This document shows, piece by piece, positions 1 through 7,591 of a stretch of DNA of 29,424 bases. Made by a program: the position numbers and the translations under genes. The DNA is from Candidatus Altiarchaeota archaeon (GTDB lineage: Archaea; Altiarchaeota; Altiarchaeia; IMC4; SCGC-AAA252-I15). Location of the stretch: assembly GCA_043804895.1 (NCBI GenBank), contig JAZDIN010000062.1:1-29424 (forward strand), given 5' to 3'. Every line of letters starts with the position of its first letter. Positions within the stretch are counted from its first letter, which is position 1. Under the pieces are notes generated by a model. It was not told the origin of the DNA, did no database searches, and saw only the letters and a program-made list of their open reading frames with translations.

Positions 1-1193
1 GTGGTTGTGGTAGTTGGTGGGGTGAACATCGCGGAACATCTGCCTTGCACCTCAAGGAATCCGAACATCTCATCCCCGGCACCAGTGTCTCTTATGCATA
101 AGGTGCTAGCGCCCAGAGTATCCATCTTATTCCCCTTTAACACAAGATATGAGCCGTTATACCAATCTGGCAGGGAACAAGTGTACCATCCTAGTGTGGT
201 TCCTGTGTCGTTGAACCAACAATCTGAGGTCAGTATGTCATTAGTACACCCTGCCATATCATCGAGATAGCAGAATCGTATGTCATTGAACGAGCAGACT
301 GAACCATCATCCCCTGAAGTATTCCGTGGGTAAGCGTACAGCCTGAATTGGCTGCAGTTCATCTGCACCGCCCCATCCACACTCCAGTTCATGAGAATCG
401 TCAGATTCCACTCATAGGTTGGGTCGTCAGTGGTTGAAGACAACAACTCATTCCACATCAGGCTGAGGTTACCACCTACTGAGTTGTTCGCAAAGTCCGG
501 CGAAGCAGCCTCCGAAGTCCATCTTGTAGCGTTGTAGAAGGTCACCCAATCAAAGGGCAATGTTGTTGTAGTAGTGGTGGTAGTGGTAGTAGTGGTAGTT
601 GTAGTGGTCGTAGTAGTGGTAGTCGTCGTGGTAGTTGTAATCGTTGTCGTGCTCGTGCGCACAACCCCCTTCTTGTTGTAGAAGGCCTCCAGTTTAACTT
701 CGACCCTTTCGCCGTTGAGTAGCGCGTACCTGCTGACTATCTGCCTCTCGCCTGAGGAGACGATTGCCCCCTTAGAGTACAGTATCACCGGGACTCCGCT
801 CCAATTCTCGCTCACAGTCAACCTATAATCCTCCATCCCAAAACCCAGGATCTTCCTCAACTCACCGTATTCCGCACCAACCATCGCCTCAAGCTTGCCC
901 ACGTCAAGGACGTTAGCCTCGCTCGCCAACCCCATTGCCTTAACATTTGTCGGGTTGACTGGGTTTTCCTCCCAGTTGGGGGGGTTACCCTGCGTCTTAA
1001 CGAGCATTGTTGATATGTCAAGGAGCCTCTCCCTTCTGGCGTCTGAGTCCCGGAATTCCTCTATTCTCCGGTTCGTCTCCCCCCAAACCCAAAGCATACT
1101 CAGCACAATCACTACGAAGAAGAATGTTGCGACCAGTAAGTCCATGGTCATTATCACGCCCCTGCCGTTCCTCCTGTGATTTCTCCTGTCCAC
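1..1193 (-). CDS. Large pilin-like/adhesin protein, class III signal-like N-terminus, poly-Thr linker and Cys-rich C-terminal domain (runs off the left window edge)
   Basis: Not in the ORF track. Hand translation from GTG 1193, 1 nt after the upstream stop (alternative ATGs at 1151/1145), is open to base 1: RRNGRG|VIMTMDLLVATFFFVVIVLSMLWVW...LVKTQGNPPNWE...TSTTTI(T)~25 LPFDW...; about 10 N-X-S/T sequons. Confidence 0.8.
   Translation of the reverse strand, partial: MDRRNHRRNGRGVIMTMDLLVATFFFVVIVLSMLWVWGETNRRIEEFRDSDARRERLLDISTMLVKTQGNPPNWEENPVNPTNVKAMGLASEANVLDVGKLEAMVGAEYGELRKILGFGMEDYRLTVSENWSGVPVILYSKGAIVSSGERQIVSRYALLNGERVEVKLEAFYNKKGVVRTSTTTITTTTTTTTTTTTTTTTTTTTTTTTTTLPFDWVTFYNATRWTSEAASPDFANNSVGGNLSLMWNELLSSTTDDPTYEWNLTILMNWSVDGAVQMNCSQFRLYAYPRNTSGDDGSVCSFNDIRFCYLDDMAGCTNDILTSDCWFNDTGTTLGWYTCSLPDWYNGSYLVLKGNKMDTLGASTLCIRDTGAGDEMFGFLEVQGRCSAMFTPPTTTT
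561..657 (-). repeat. Degenerate ACN trinucleotide tract encoding a poly-threonine linker
   Basis: GTA/GTG/GTT/GTC triplet run on the + strand, equal to about 30 Thr codons on the - strand. Confidence 0.9.
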
Positions 1194-1194
1194 T

Positions 1195-1623
1195 TTAAGC
1201 GTATTCTGTTAGGTATATTGTGCCGTTGACGTTTTCCACGTTGATGGTGCCCGGCGTCAGCGCCATTGCCTCCCCCATGTCGCCGATATCTGAGGTCATG
1301 AACTTCCACTCGAACTCCCGGTCATATGGTGTCACATTCACTATGACAATCCTAGGCCTGACGAACACGGTATACTGGACTCCGCCTACAAGCTTCTTGG
1401 GCAAGGTGACATTCATGTCAGTCCCATCCCCTGCAATATAGACGTAGTCTATTCCGTGCGCAAGCTTCTGGGCAGCATCCTGCGCGTCCAAAGACCATAT
1501 GACCTGGGCGGTTATCCGCCGCTCATTCGCTATGAAATTCAACGTAATGAGGAATATCAGCGACACTATCGCTAGGGAGGCTATGAACTCGACCGTGACC
1601 TGCGCTCTTTTGCTCTTCAACAT
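1195..1623 (-). CDS. Type IV pilin-like protein (class III signal peptide)
   Basis: MLKSKRA|QVTVEFIASLAIVSLIFL: basic leader, Q+1/E+5, hydrophobic helix; 142 aa; overlaps its neighbour, consistent with an operon. Confidence 0.85.
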   Translation of the reverse strand: MLKSKRAQVTVEFIASLAIVSLIFLITLNFIANERRITAQVIWSLDAQDAAQKLAHGIDYVYIAGDGTDMNVTLPKKLVGGVQYTVFVRPRIVIVNVTPYDREFEWKFMTSDIGDMGEAMALTPGTINVENVNGTIYLTEYA

Positions 1624-2045
1624 GAGCCACTGCTCCTACTAATGCTCACATAAGTGCCGGTGTAGTTTACGTCGATGCAGTAACTGCCCGCGCGAGAAGG
1701 TAAGCTGCCAGTCAGGTTAGCGTCTGTGTAAACGTCATAATACTCCTCGTTGCCGTTGACGTAGACCACAGCTTGGATCTGGCCCCGCCCAGAGGATAGC
1801 GTGTTTATGGTGAAGTTGGAGGAGTGAGGTATCGTGACGTGGAGGCGGGTCTGGGCATCCTTGCCTTGGCTGTAGACGAAGTCGACTGAGTTTTTGAGGT
1901 TGTTTAATGTTGACTTCACCTGCCCCACCTGGACGTTGTTTTTGAAGAAGCTATAGTTTTCCTGGTTGAATGACAGCATAAGCGCTAGGATGACTAGGGC
2001 CATGGCAAGTATCACCATCCACTCCACGACAGCCTGTCCCCTCAT
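1617..2045 (-). CDS. Type IV pilin-like protein (class III signal peptide)
   Basis: MRG|QAVVEWMVILAMALVIL: Q+1/E+5 motif, hydrophobic helix; C-terminal Cys pair; 4 N-glycosylation sequons. Confidence 0.88.
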   Translation of the reverse strand: MRGQAVVEWMVILAMALVILALMLSFNQENYSFFKNNVQVGQVKSTLNNLKNSVDFVYSQGKDAQTRLHVTIPHSSNFTINTLSSGRGQIQAVVYVNGNEEYYDVYTDANLTGSLPSRAGSYCIDVNYTGTYVSISRSSGSC

Positions 2046-2205
2046 ATCAAAGACCAGCGGCTAAAGCCGCTGGTTTGGTGTGGGCTAGCGCTTTGCGCTA
2101 GCACACGTGTCGGAGGCAACATGCCTCCGTCACATACGCCGGAACTGCCCAGTCGAGTGGAGTCTATGTGACTGTCCCCTGGAAGGGACAGTTCCGAGCG
2201 TATGA
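2044..2205 (+). mobile_element. Composite palindromic repeat element, copy A (non-autonomous, IS200/IS605/PATE-like), intergenic
   Basis: Hairpins ACCAGCGGC-taaa-GCCGCTGGT, GCTAGCGC-ttt-GCGCTAGC, CGGAGGCA-aca-TGCCTCCG and CATACGC-CGGAACTG...CAGTTCCG-a-GCGTATG. 2044-2077 and 2134-2205 match the reverse complement of 28158-28265 (31/34 and about 66/74 nt by hand alignment). Confidence 0.75.
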
Positions 2206-2276
2206 CAATAGAGTATCAGAGAGGCAGAATATATACGCTGGGTGTTTTTTAGCGTTGAATCAGATTCCTAAACTGG

Positions 2277-2993
2277 ATGAACCCGAAGATAGAGGAGCTC
2301 AGGAAGAAGGCGTTCGTGGTCTACGAGGGCATGGACGGGGTGAGTAACGTCAACAAAGAAATAAAGAAGATGGGCGTTGCAGAGGACGAGCTCAAGGATG
2401 AGCAGTTGAAGGTCCTCATGAACAACATCATAAAGAATGTTTTCATAAACCGCATCGGGATAGAGAAGACCAAGGAGATACTCGCTAAGGAGAATCTCCA
2501 CCTGCCAGGGTACCGCCCCGATTTTAAAACTGAGAAGATGGAGCAGATACGAATATTCGAGCGCATAAGCTTCAACAAGTGGGCTGTGGTATTCATCGCA
2601 ATAATCTTAGTACTCATCGCAGCCTCAGTCGTCTACTACGCGCTGATGTTTGACCTAGCCGACACGTGCGAGCGTAAAAAGGACACGTGGGAGCGTGACT
2701 CATGCTTCGTCACATTGGCCTTGTCAAGGAAGAACGACACCGTCTGCGACAAGGTAGGGGATGAGATGAAGCGCTTCAACTGCTACGCCCAGACCGGTAT
2801 AGAACTGAAGAGCATGGAAGTCTGCAAGAGGATACCCTCAGACGACATTGAGACTACGGTAATGTACGAGAAGTGCGTGATGTGCGTGGCCTACAAGCTC
2901 GACAACAGGAGCCTGTGCTACTCATTCATAAGCCCTTTTAAGCAAAGCGACTGCGTGACACAAATCATGAGGAGACAATCCCTGATATGCTAG
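2277..2993 (+). CDS. Single-pass membrane protein: N-terminal soluble domain, one TM helix, about 4 C-x~11-C(Y/F) cysteine repeats
   Basis: TM WAVVFIAIILVLIAASVVYYALMF followed by CERKKDTWERDSCF / CDKVGDEMKRFNCY repeats, the same family as 23941-25626. Confidence 0.8.
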   Translation: MNPKIEELRKKAFVVYEGMDGVSNVNKEIKKMGVAEDELKDEQLKVLMNNIIKNVFINRIGIEKTKEILAKENLHLPGYRPDFKTEKMEQIRIFERISFNKWAVVFIAIILVLIAASVVYYALMFDLADTCERKKDTWERDSCFVTLALSRKNDTVCDKVGDEMKRFNCYAQTGIELKSMEVCKRIPSDDIETTVMYEKCVMCVAYKLDNRSLCYSFISPFKQSDCVTQIMRRQSLIC

Positions 2994-3049
2994 GGGGATT
3001 ATTTTAACTTATTTAATACCGGAACCTAATTTAATCCGGGGCTTAGGCG

Positions 3050-3418
3050 ATGATACACTCTATTCTTGTGAAACTGGGGCTTCTGAAGCCTCGAGGGGGG
3101 GAGGCTGTAACTACAATCCGCCTGGACATCATCGCTGAGCAAGTGAAGGAGTTCAACGAAGCCAAACGACAGATTAACGACAAGATACATAACCTGGAGT
3201 CAAAAACTGATTCCCTTGGTGAGACCGTATCTAAGACGCTTGAGATGGGTCGCGAAAACAAAAAGCGCCTGGACAGCATCGAGGAGAGCATGCAAAAGCT
3301 GGTGGACCTTTCCGCGGCGCTCTTGAGGGAGGGGGAACCGAATGAGGGCATCCTGAAGATGGGGTCGCCCCCGGCTGATGCGATAGGAAAATCCTCTGGC
3401 AGCCAGCAACACCAATAG
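3050..3418 (+). CDS. Coiled-coil protein, possibly degenerate ArlC/FlaC-like
   Basis: Heptad pattern; RLDSIEESMQKLVDL resembles the FlaC IEEN.KKLLSLYE segment; directly upstream of arlH. The FlaC assignment is tentative. Confidence 0.6.
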   Translation: MIHSILVKLGLLKPRGGEAVTTIRLDIIAEQVKEFNEAKRQINDKIHNLESKTDSLGETVSKTLEMGRENKKRLDSIEESMQKLVDLSAALLREGEPNEGILKMGSPPADAIGKSSGSQQHQ

Positions 3419-3449
3419 ATATATACCAAAGTATAATACTCTAAATAGC

Positions 3450-4178
3450 ATGTTTGAGAAGGAAACTAAACAGGAGTCTTCAGAGGGTTACATAAATATC
3501 AAGATAGCCCGCGACATGCTGCACACTAAACTCGGGGGGGAGTTCCCATACAGCTCTCTGGTTCTGATAGAAGGCAAAGACGGTTCTGGGAAGAGCCTCC
3601 TCGTGCAGCGCCTCGTCTACTCGTTCCTTGTCAACGGGGCGACCGCTACATACATAAGCTCGGAACTTTCCACCAAGGACTTCCTCCAGCAGATGGACTC
3701 GCTGCATTACACCGTAGACGAGTACCTAATAGGGCAGCGCCTGCTGTTCATCCCCATGTTCCCCTTCATAGGGGGTGGAAAACTGAGCAACGACTTCCTT
3801 GACCGCCTGCTTGCAGCCCAGGAGCTTTTCGACAATGACGTTATCATAATAGACACCCTGTCATTCCTCCTCGTCCAGGGTAACATAAAGGAGGAGAACG
3901 CATTCAATGCAATAAAGTTCTTCAAAAAGATAGTCAACAAAGGCAAAATCGTCATATTCACAGTAGACCCGGAACACCTAAACAAGGGCCTGCTCACGCT
4001 AATAAGGTCCATGTCAGACGTATACCTTGAATTCGGGACGAAAACGCTCGGCGGCGAAGCCAAGAAGTACATGACAGTGAGCAGGTTCAAGAGGCCTAAG
4101 CTACAGGTTGTATCGCAGATAGCATTCAGGGTCGAACCAGGACAGGGTATGGTCATAGACATCGGAGGACTAGTATAG
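3450..4178 (+). CDS. arlH: Archaellum accessory ATP-binding protein ArlH/FlaH (KaiC/RecA fold)
   Basis: KLGGEFP, Walker A GKDGSGKS, YISSE, Walker B IIIDTLS, C-terminal FRVEPGQG; precedes arlI. Confidence 0.92.
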   Translation: MFEKETKQESSEGYINIKIARDMLHTKLGGEFPYSSLVLIEGKDGSGKSLLVQRLVYSFLVNGATATYISSELSTKDFLQQMDSLHYTVDEYLIGQRLLFIPMFPFIGGGKLSNDFLDRLLAAQELFDNDVIIIDTLSFLLVQGNIKEENAFNAIKFFKKIVNKGKIVIFTVDPEHLNKGLLTLIRSMSDVYLEFGTKTLGGEAKKYMTVSRFKRPKLQVVSQIAFRVEPGQGMVIDIGGLV

Positions 4179-4188
4179 GAGTGTTAGA

Positions 4189-5844
4189 ATGTCAGACGAG
4201 AAGGAGTTTCAGGAGGCGCAGGCCAGAAACCCACACCTAAAGGAGTATTTAGCCACGAAGGGTCTTGAGAAGCCGGAGTTCTACGTCCAGTTGGACAGGA
4301 GCCTGAAGGATAACGAGTTCCCGAACATTATGTACCCAGTCGGGGACCCCATCTTCATACACATACTCAGAAAGCCGGGGGAGAACGAAATCCAGTACAT
4401 AGCAGTTGAGCCTCAGATGACGCCACGCGAGACCGAGATGTTCAACAAGATATCGGACCAGCTCATCAAGATAGCGCACAGCATGGACACGAGCGACACG
4501 ACGGAGGACCTAAGCGACATACTCGTGAAGCTGATGAACGACCTGGTCACGATAGACGGGAGGGAGATAAGTAGCACAGGCATGAAAAAAGGGACCATAG
4601 AGAGCCTGATGGTGAAGTTGAGCGGCGTCAAGAAGATAAACCTGACGCAATCAGAGTACGAAAAACTGAAGTACTTCCTCATAAGAGAGAGGGTCGGGTA
4701 CGGTATACTGGAGCCGCTCCTGAGGGACCCTTACATAGAGGACATACACTGCATTGGAGTAGCCAGAGTCTATACAATCCACAAGATATTCGAGATGGTT
4801 GCGACGAGCATCATATTCAACACAGACCTGCAGCTCGACAAATACGTCTTCGACTCGAGCGAACGCGTCGAGAGGCCGGTGAGCGAAGCCCAACCGGTGG
4901 TCGACGCCATAATGCCAGACGGCTCAAGGGTCAACTTCATATACGGCAGGGAGGTCAGCCTCGAAGGCTCCAGCTTCACCATACGTAAGTTCAGCAAAGT
5001 CCCGATAAGTGTCACACAACTCGTGAACTGGCACACGTTCCCTCCGGAACTCGCGGCCTACTTGTGGCTGTGCCTTGAGAACGGGATGAGCATTTTCATA
5101 TGCGGGGAAACCGCATCAGGGAAGACAACTACATTGAACGCAATCAGCACATTCATCAAGCCGAACGCGAAGATATACAGCGTAGAAAACACGCCAGAAG
5201 TCACTATGCCCCACCCATGCTGGCAGCACCTGGTAACAAGGGAGTCTGGGAAGGAAACTGACGTGAACATGATGACCCTCCTGGTCGCATCCCTCAGGTC
5301 GAGGCCGAACTACATCATCGTTGGGGAGATTCGTGATAGGGAGGGTAACATCGCGTTCCAGGCCATGCAGACCGGGCACCCTGTAATGAGTACATTCCAC
5401 GCTGGCGACCCCCACAAGATGATACAGAGGATTACGGGTCACCCGATTAACGTACCAATAGCGTCTGTCGACAACCTCAACGTAGTCTTGGTTCAGCAGG
5501 CGGTCTACCTCCACGGCAGGTTCGTGAGGAGGGTGCAAACCGTCACAGAGCTCATAAAATACTACGACGAGCTCGGCAAGGTCGCGACCGCAAACGTCTT
5601 CGAATGGGTTCCAGCGACAGACGAGTTCGGGTTCTTAGGATGGCACAACAGCTACATCCTCGAGGAGAAGATAGCGCGTCAGCTCGGATATAAGGACGTG
5701 AGGGGGATATACGATGAGTTGACCATCCGCACGAAAATAATAAACAAGATGGTAGAAAAGAAGATATTCAACTACTTCGACGTCTGGGAGATTATCAAAA
5801 CCTACTACTACAAGGGTAAGGGGGGTCTTCCCTTCAACATCTAA
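4189..5844 (+). CDS. arlI: Archaellum motor ATPase ArlI/FlaI
   Basis: FlaI-type N-terminus NPHLKEY...YPVGDPIFIHI, DPYIEDIHC, Walker A GETASGKTT, RPNYIIVGEIR, AMQTGH..STFHA. Confidence 0.93.
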   Translation: MSDEKEFQEAQARNPHLKEYLATKGLEKPEFYVQLDRSLKDNEFPNIMYPVGDPIFIHILRKPGENEIQYIAVEPQMTPRETEMFNKISDQLIKIAHSMDTSDTTEDLSDILVKLMNDLVTIDGREISSTGMKKGTIESLMVKLSGVKKINLTQSEYEKLKYFLIRERVGYGILEPLLRDPYIEDIHCIGVARVYTIHKIFEMVATSIIFNTDLQLDKYVFDSSERVERPVSEAQPVVDAIMPDGSRVNFIYGREVSLEGSSFTIRKFSKVPISVTQLVNWHTFPPELAAYLWLCLENGMSIFICGETASGKTTTLNAISTFIKPNAKIYSVENTPEVTMPHPCWQHLVTRESGKETDVNMMTLLVASLRSRPNYIIVGEIRDREGNIAFQAMQTGHPVMSTFHAGDPHKMIQRITGHPINVPIASVDNLNVVLVQQAVYLHGRFVRRVQTVTELIKYYDELGKVATANVFEWVPATDEFGFLGWHNSYILEEKIARQLGYKDVRGIYDELTIRTKIINKMVEKKIFNYFDVWEIIKTYYYKGKGGLPFNI

Positions 5845-5845
5845 G

Positions 5846-7591
5846 ATGGATTTCGAGGAGTCCGTGAGACTAGCCGGCTACCGGAACTTGGATGACTTCT
5901 TCAAGAGGCTGGTCGCCCCAGTGCTTCTGATTACCGTTGTGCTTTTCATCACGTCGTTCCTGTTCGTGATGCTGTACGGCGACCTCTTCGACTTTGGAGA
6001 GTTTACCATGGTGCTTTATATGATGCCGTTTTCGGCGTTAATCCTCGGGTTACTGGTGGTGTTCGGCTACCCCTTCTACAGGATAGAGAGGATCAAGGTC
6101 AACATTCACGAGAACATACACTACTTCATAACATACACCGGCTCGATGTCGACGCTGCACGCCAAACGCCGCGCGCTATTCCGCCTTGCCTCACAGAGAA
6201 TCGAATACGGGGAGATAGCGAAGGTGATGGAGAAGGTGGCCTACCTCTCAGACTACTGGAACCTCGGCATCGTGAAGACGTGCAGGAAGCTCTCTACCAT
6301 GGTGCCGTCGAAGATACTCGGGAACTTCCTTGACAGGATGAGCGCGGCATTCGACTTCGGGGAGCGCATAGACGTCTTCCTTAAGAACGAACAGTCCGCA
6401 GTAATGGAGGATTTCGGCACTGAGTACAAGCAGAGCCTCCAGACCCTCAGCCTCGTCCAGGACGCGCTGGTCTCGCTGACTATTGCGGTGGCGTTCATGA
6501 TGACGATAGCATTCATGCTGCCCTTGATACTTGGATACGACATAGTCTTACTCGTGGCGCTCAGCGGCGCAACGCTGCTTCTGATAGATGTGCTGTCGAT
6601 AATATTCATAGACAGCTTCATCACACACGACGAGATATGCCACCGGCTACCAATCAAACCTCCGGAGTACATTAAGATGAGGTCAATCATCCTGCCAGCC
6701 GTGGCATCATGCACTATCCTGGGGGTAGTGCTCTTCATCACACAACCCCTACCATGGAACTCAGTGCTCATCGCGATGACCCTAACCCCATTGGCAATCA
6801 TAGGCTACATGGCAAACCAGATGGAATCCGCGATAATACGAAAAGACCAGGCCTTTCCCGCGTTCATACGCTCCCTTGGGGGTTCGCTTTCGGCGCGCGG
6901 AGGTACGCTCGGTGGGACATTAGCAGGGCTTAGGATACACGAGTTCGGCGTTTTGAACGAGGCAGTGCAAAAACTCTATGCAAGACTTAAAATCCGGTGC
7001 AACAAATTCCAGGCATGGATGTACTTCGCAGGAGAGACCGGAAGCAACATGATAGAGAAGTTCGGTAGCATATTCATACAAATCATTACCCTGGGAGGGA
7101 ACGCCGAGAAAGCCTCTGAACTGATAAGCACTAACTTCATACAAATTCTCTCGCTGAGGGAGCTGAGGCTACAGATGGCCTCAAGCGTAAAGGGCATATA
7201 CTATGGGACGCTCCTTGGCGTGGCCGGCGCCACCCTTTCCACCCTGAGGATGGTCGGTATCCTGGACAACACATTCAAGAAATCGTTCGCAGCGGTCGCG
7301 CAGACACCCTCCGTCAGCAGCCTCACGGCAGGTTTCCTACCAGCTATCGGCGATATAAACCTCCCGATGGTTGAGGATATGCTATTCATCATACTCTTGA
7401 TACACGCTGGATTCTCGGCATATTCAATCAAGATGGTGGACGGCGGGCCTAAATATTCAGCGCTCTTAGACTTCGTCATCATGGCATGGCTTTTGTCCAT
7501 AGTCGCGGTAGCTGTTCCCTGGGGCTTTGATATCGTGTTCTCGCAAGGCCAGATGGGTTCGGGACTGGTGAGGGGCGTGGGGACGCCCTAG
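5846..7591 (+). CDS. arlJ: Archaellum membrane platform protein ArlJ/FlaJ
   Basis: 581-aa polytopic protein with two GspF-like halves (FLDRMSAA..GE...FLKNEQ; D..FPAFIRSLG; AWMYFAGETGS); follows arlI. Confidence 0.9.
   Translation: MDFEESVRLAGYRNLDDFFKRLVAPVLLITVVLFITSFLFVMLYGDLFDFGEFTMVLYMMPFSALILGLLVVFGYPFYRIERIKVNIHENIHYFITYTGSMSTLHAKRRALFRLASQRIEYGEIAKVMEKVAYLSDYWNLGIVKTCRKLSTMVPSKILGNFLDRMSAAFDFGERIDVFLKNEQSAVMEDFGTEYKQSLQTLSLVQDALVSLTIAVAFMMTIAFMLPLILGYDIVLLVALSGATLLLIDVLSIIFIDSFITHDEICHRLPIKPPEYIKMRSIILPAVASCTILGVVLFITQPLPWNSVLIAMTLTPLAIIGYMANQMESAIIRKDQAFPAFIRSLGGSLSARGGTLGGTLAGLRIHEFGVLNEAVQKLYARLKIRCNKFQAWMYFAGETGSNMIEKFGSIFIQIITLGGNAEKASELISTNFIQILSLRELRLQMASSVKGIYYGTLLGVAGATLSTLRMVGILDNTFKKSFAAVAQTPSVSSLTAGFLPAIGDINLPMVEDMLFIILLIHAGFSAYSIKMVDGGPKYSALLDFVIMAWLLSIVAVAVPWGFDIVFSQGQMGSGLVRGVGTP

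Noticed and set aside
1-270. Plus-strand ORFs 1-270, 895-1179 and 1007-1198
   Set aside because: Antisense shadows of the real minus-strand pilin-adhesin ORF at 1-1193.
2044-2205. tRNA, CRISPR array or known ncRNA
   Set aside because: No cloverleaf or T-loop motif and no regularly spaced direct repeats; homology to an intragenic copy favours a repeat element. An Rfam search could not be run.
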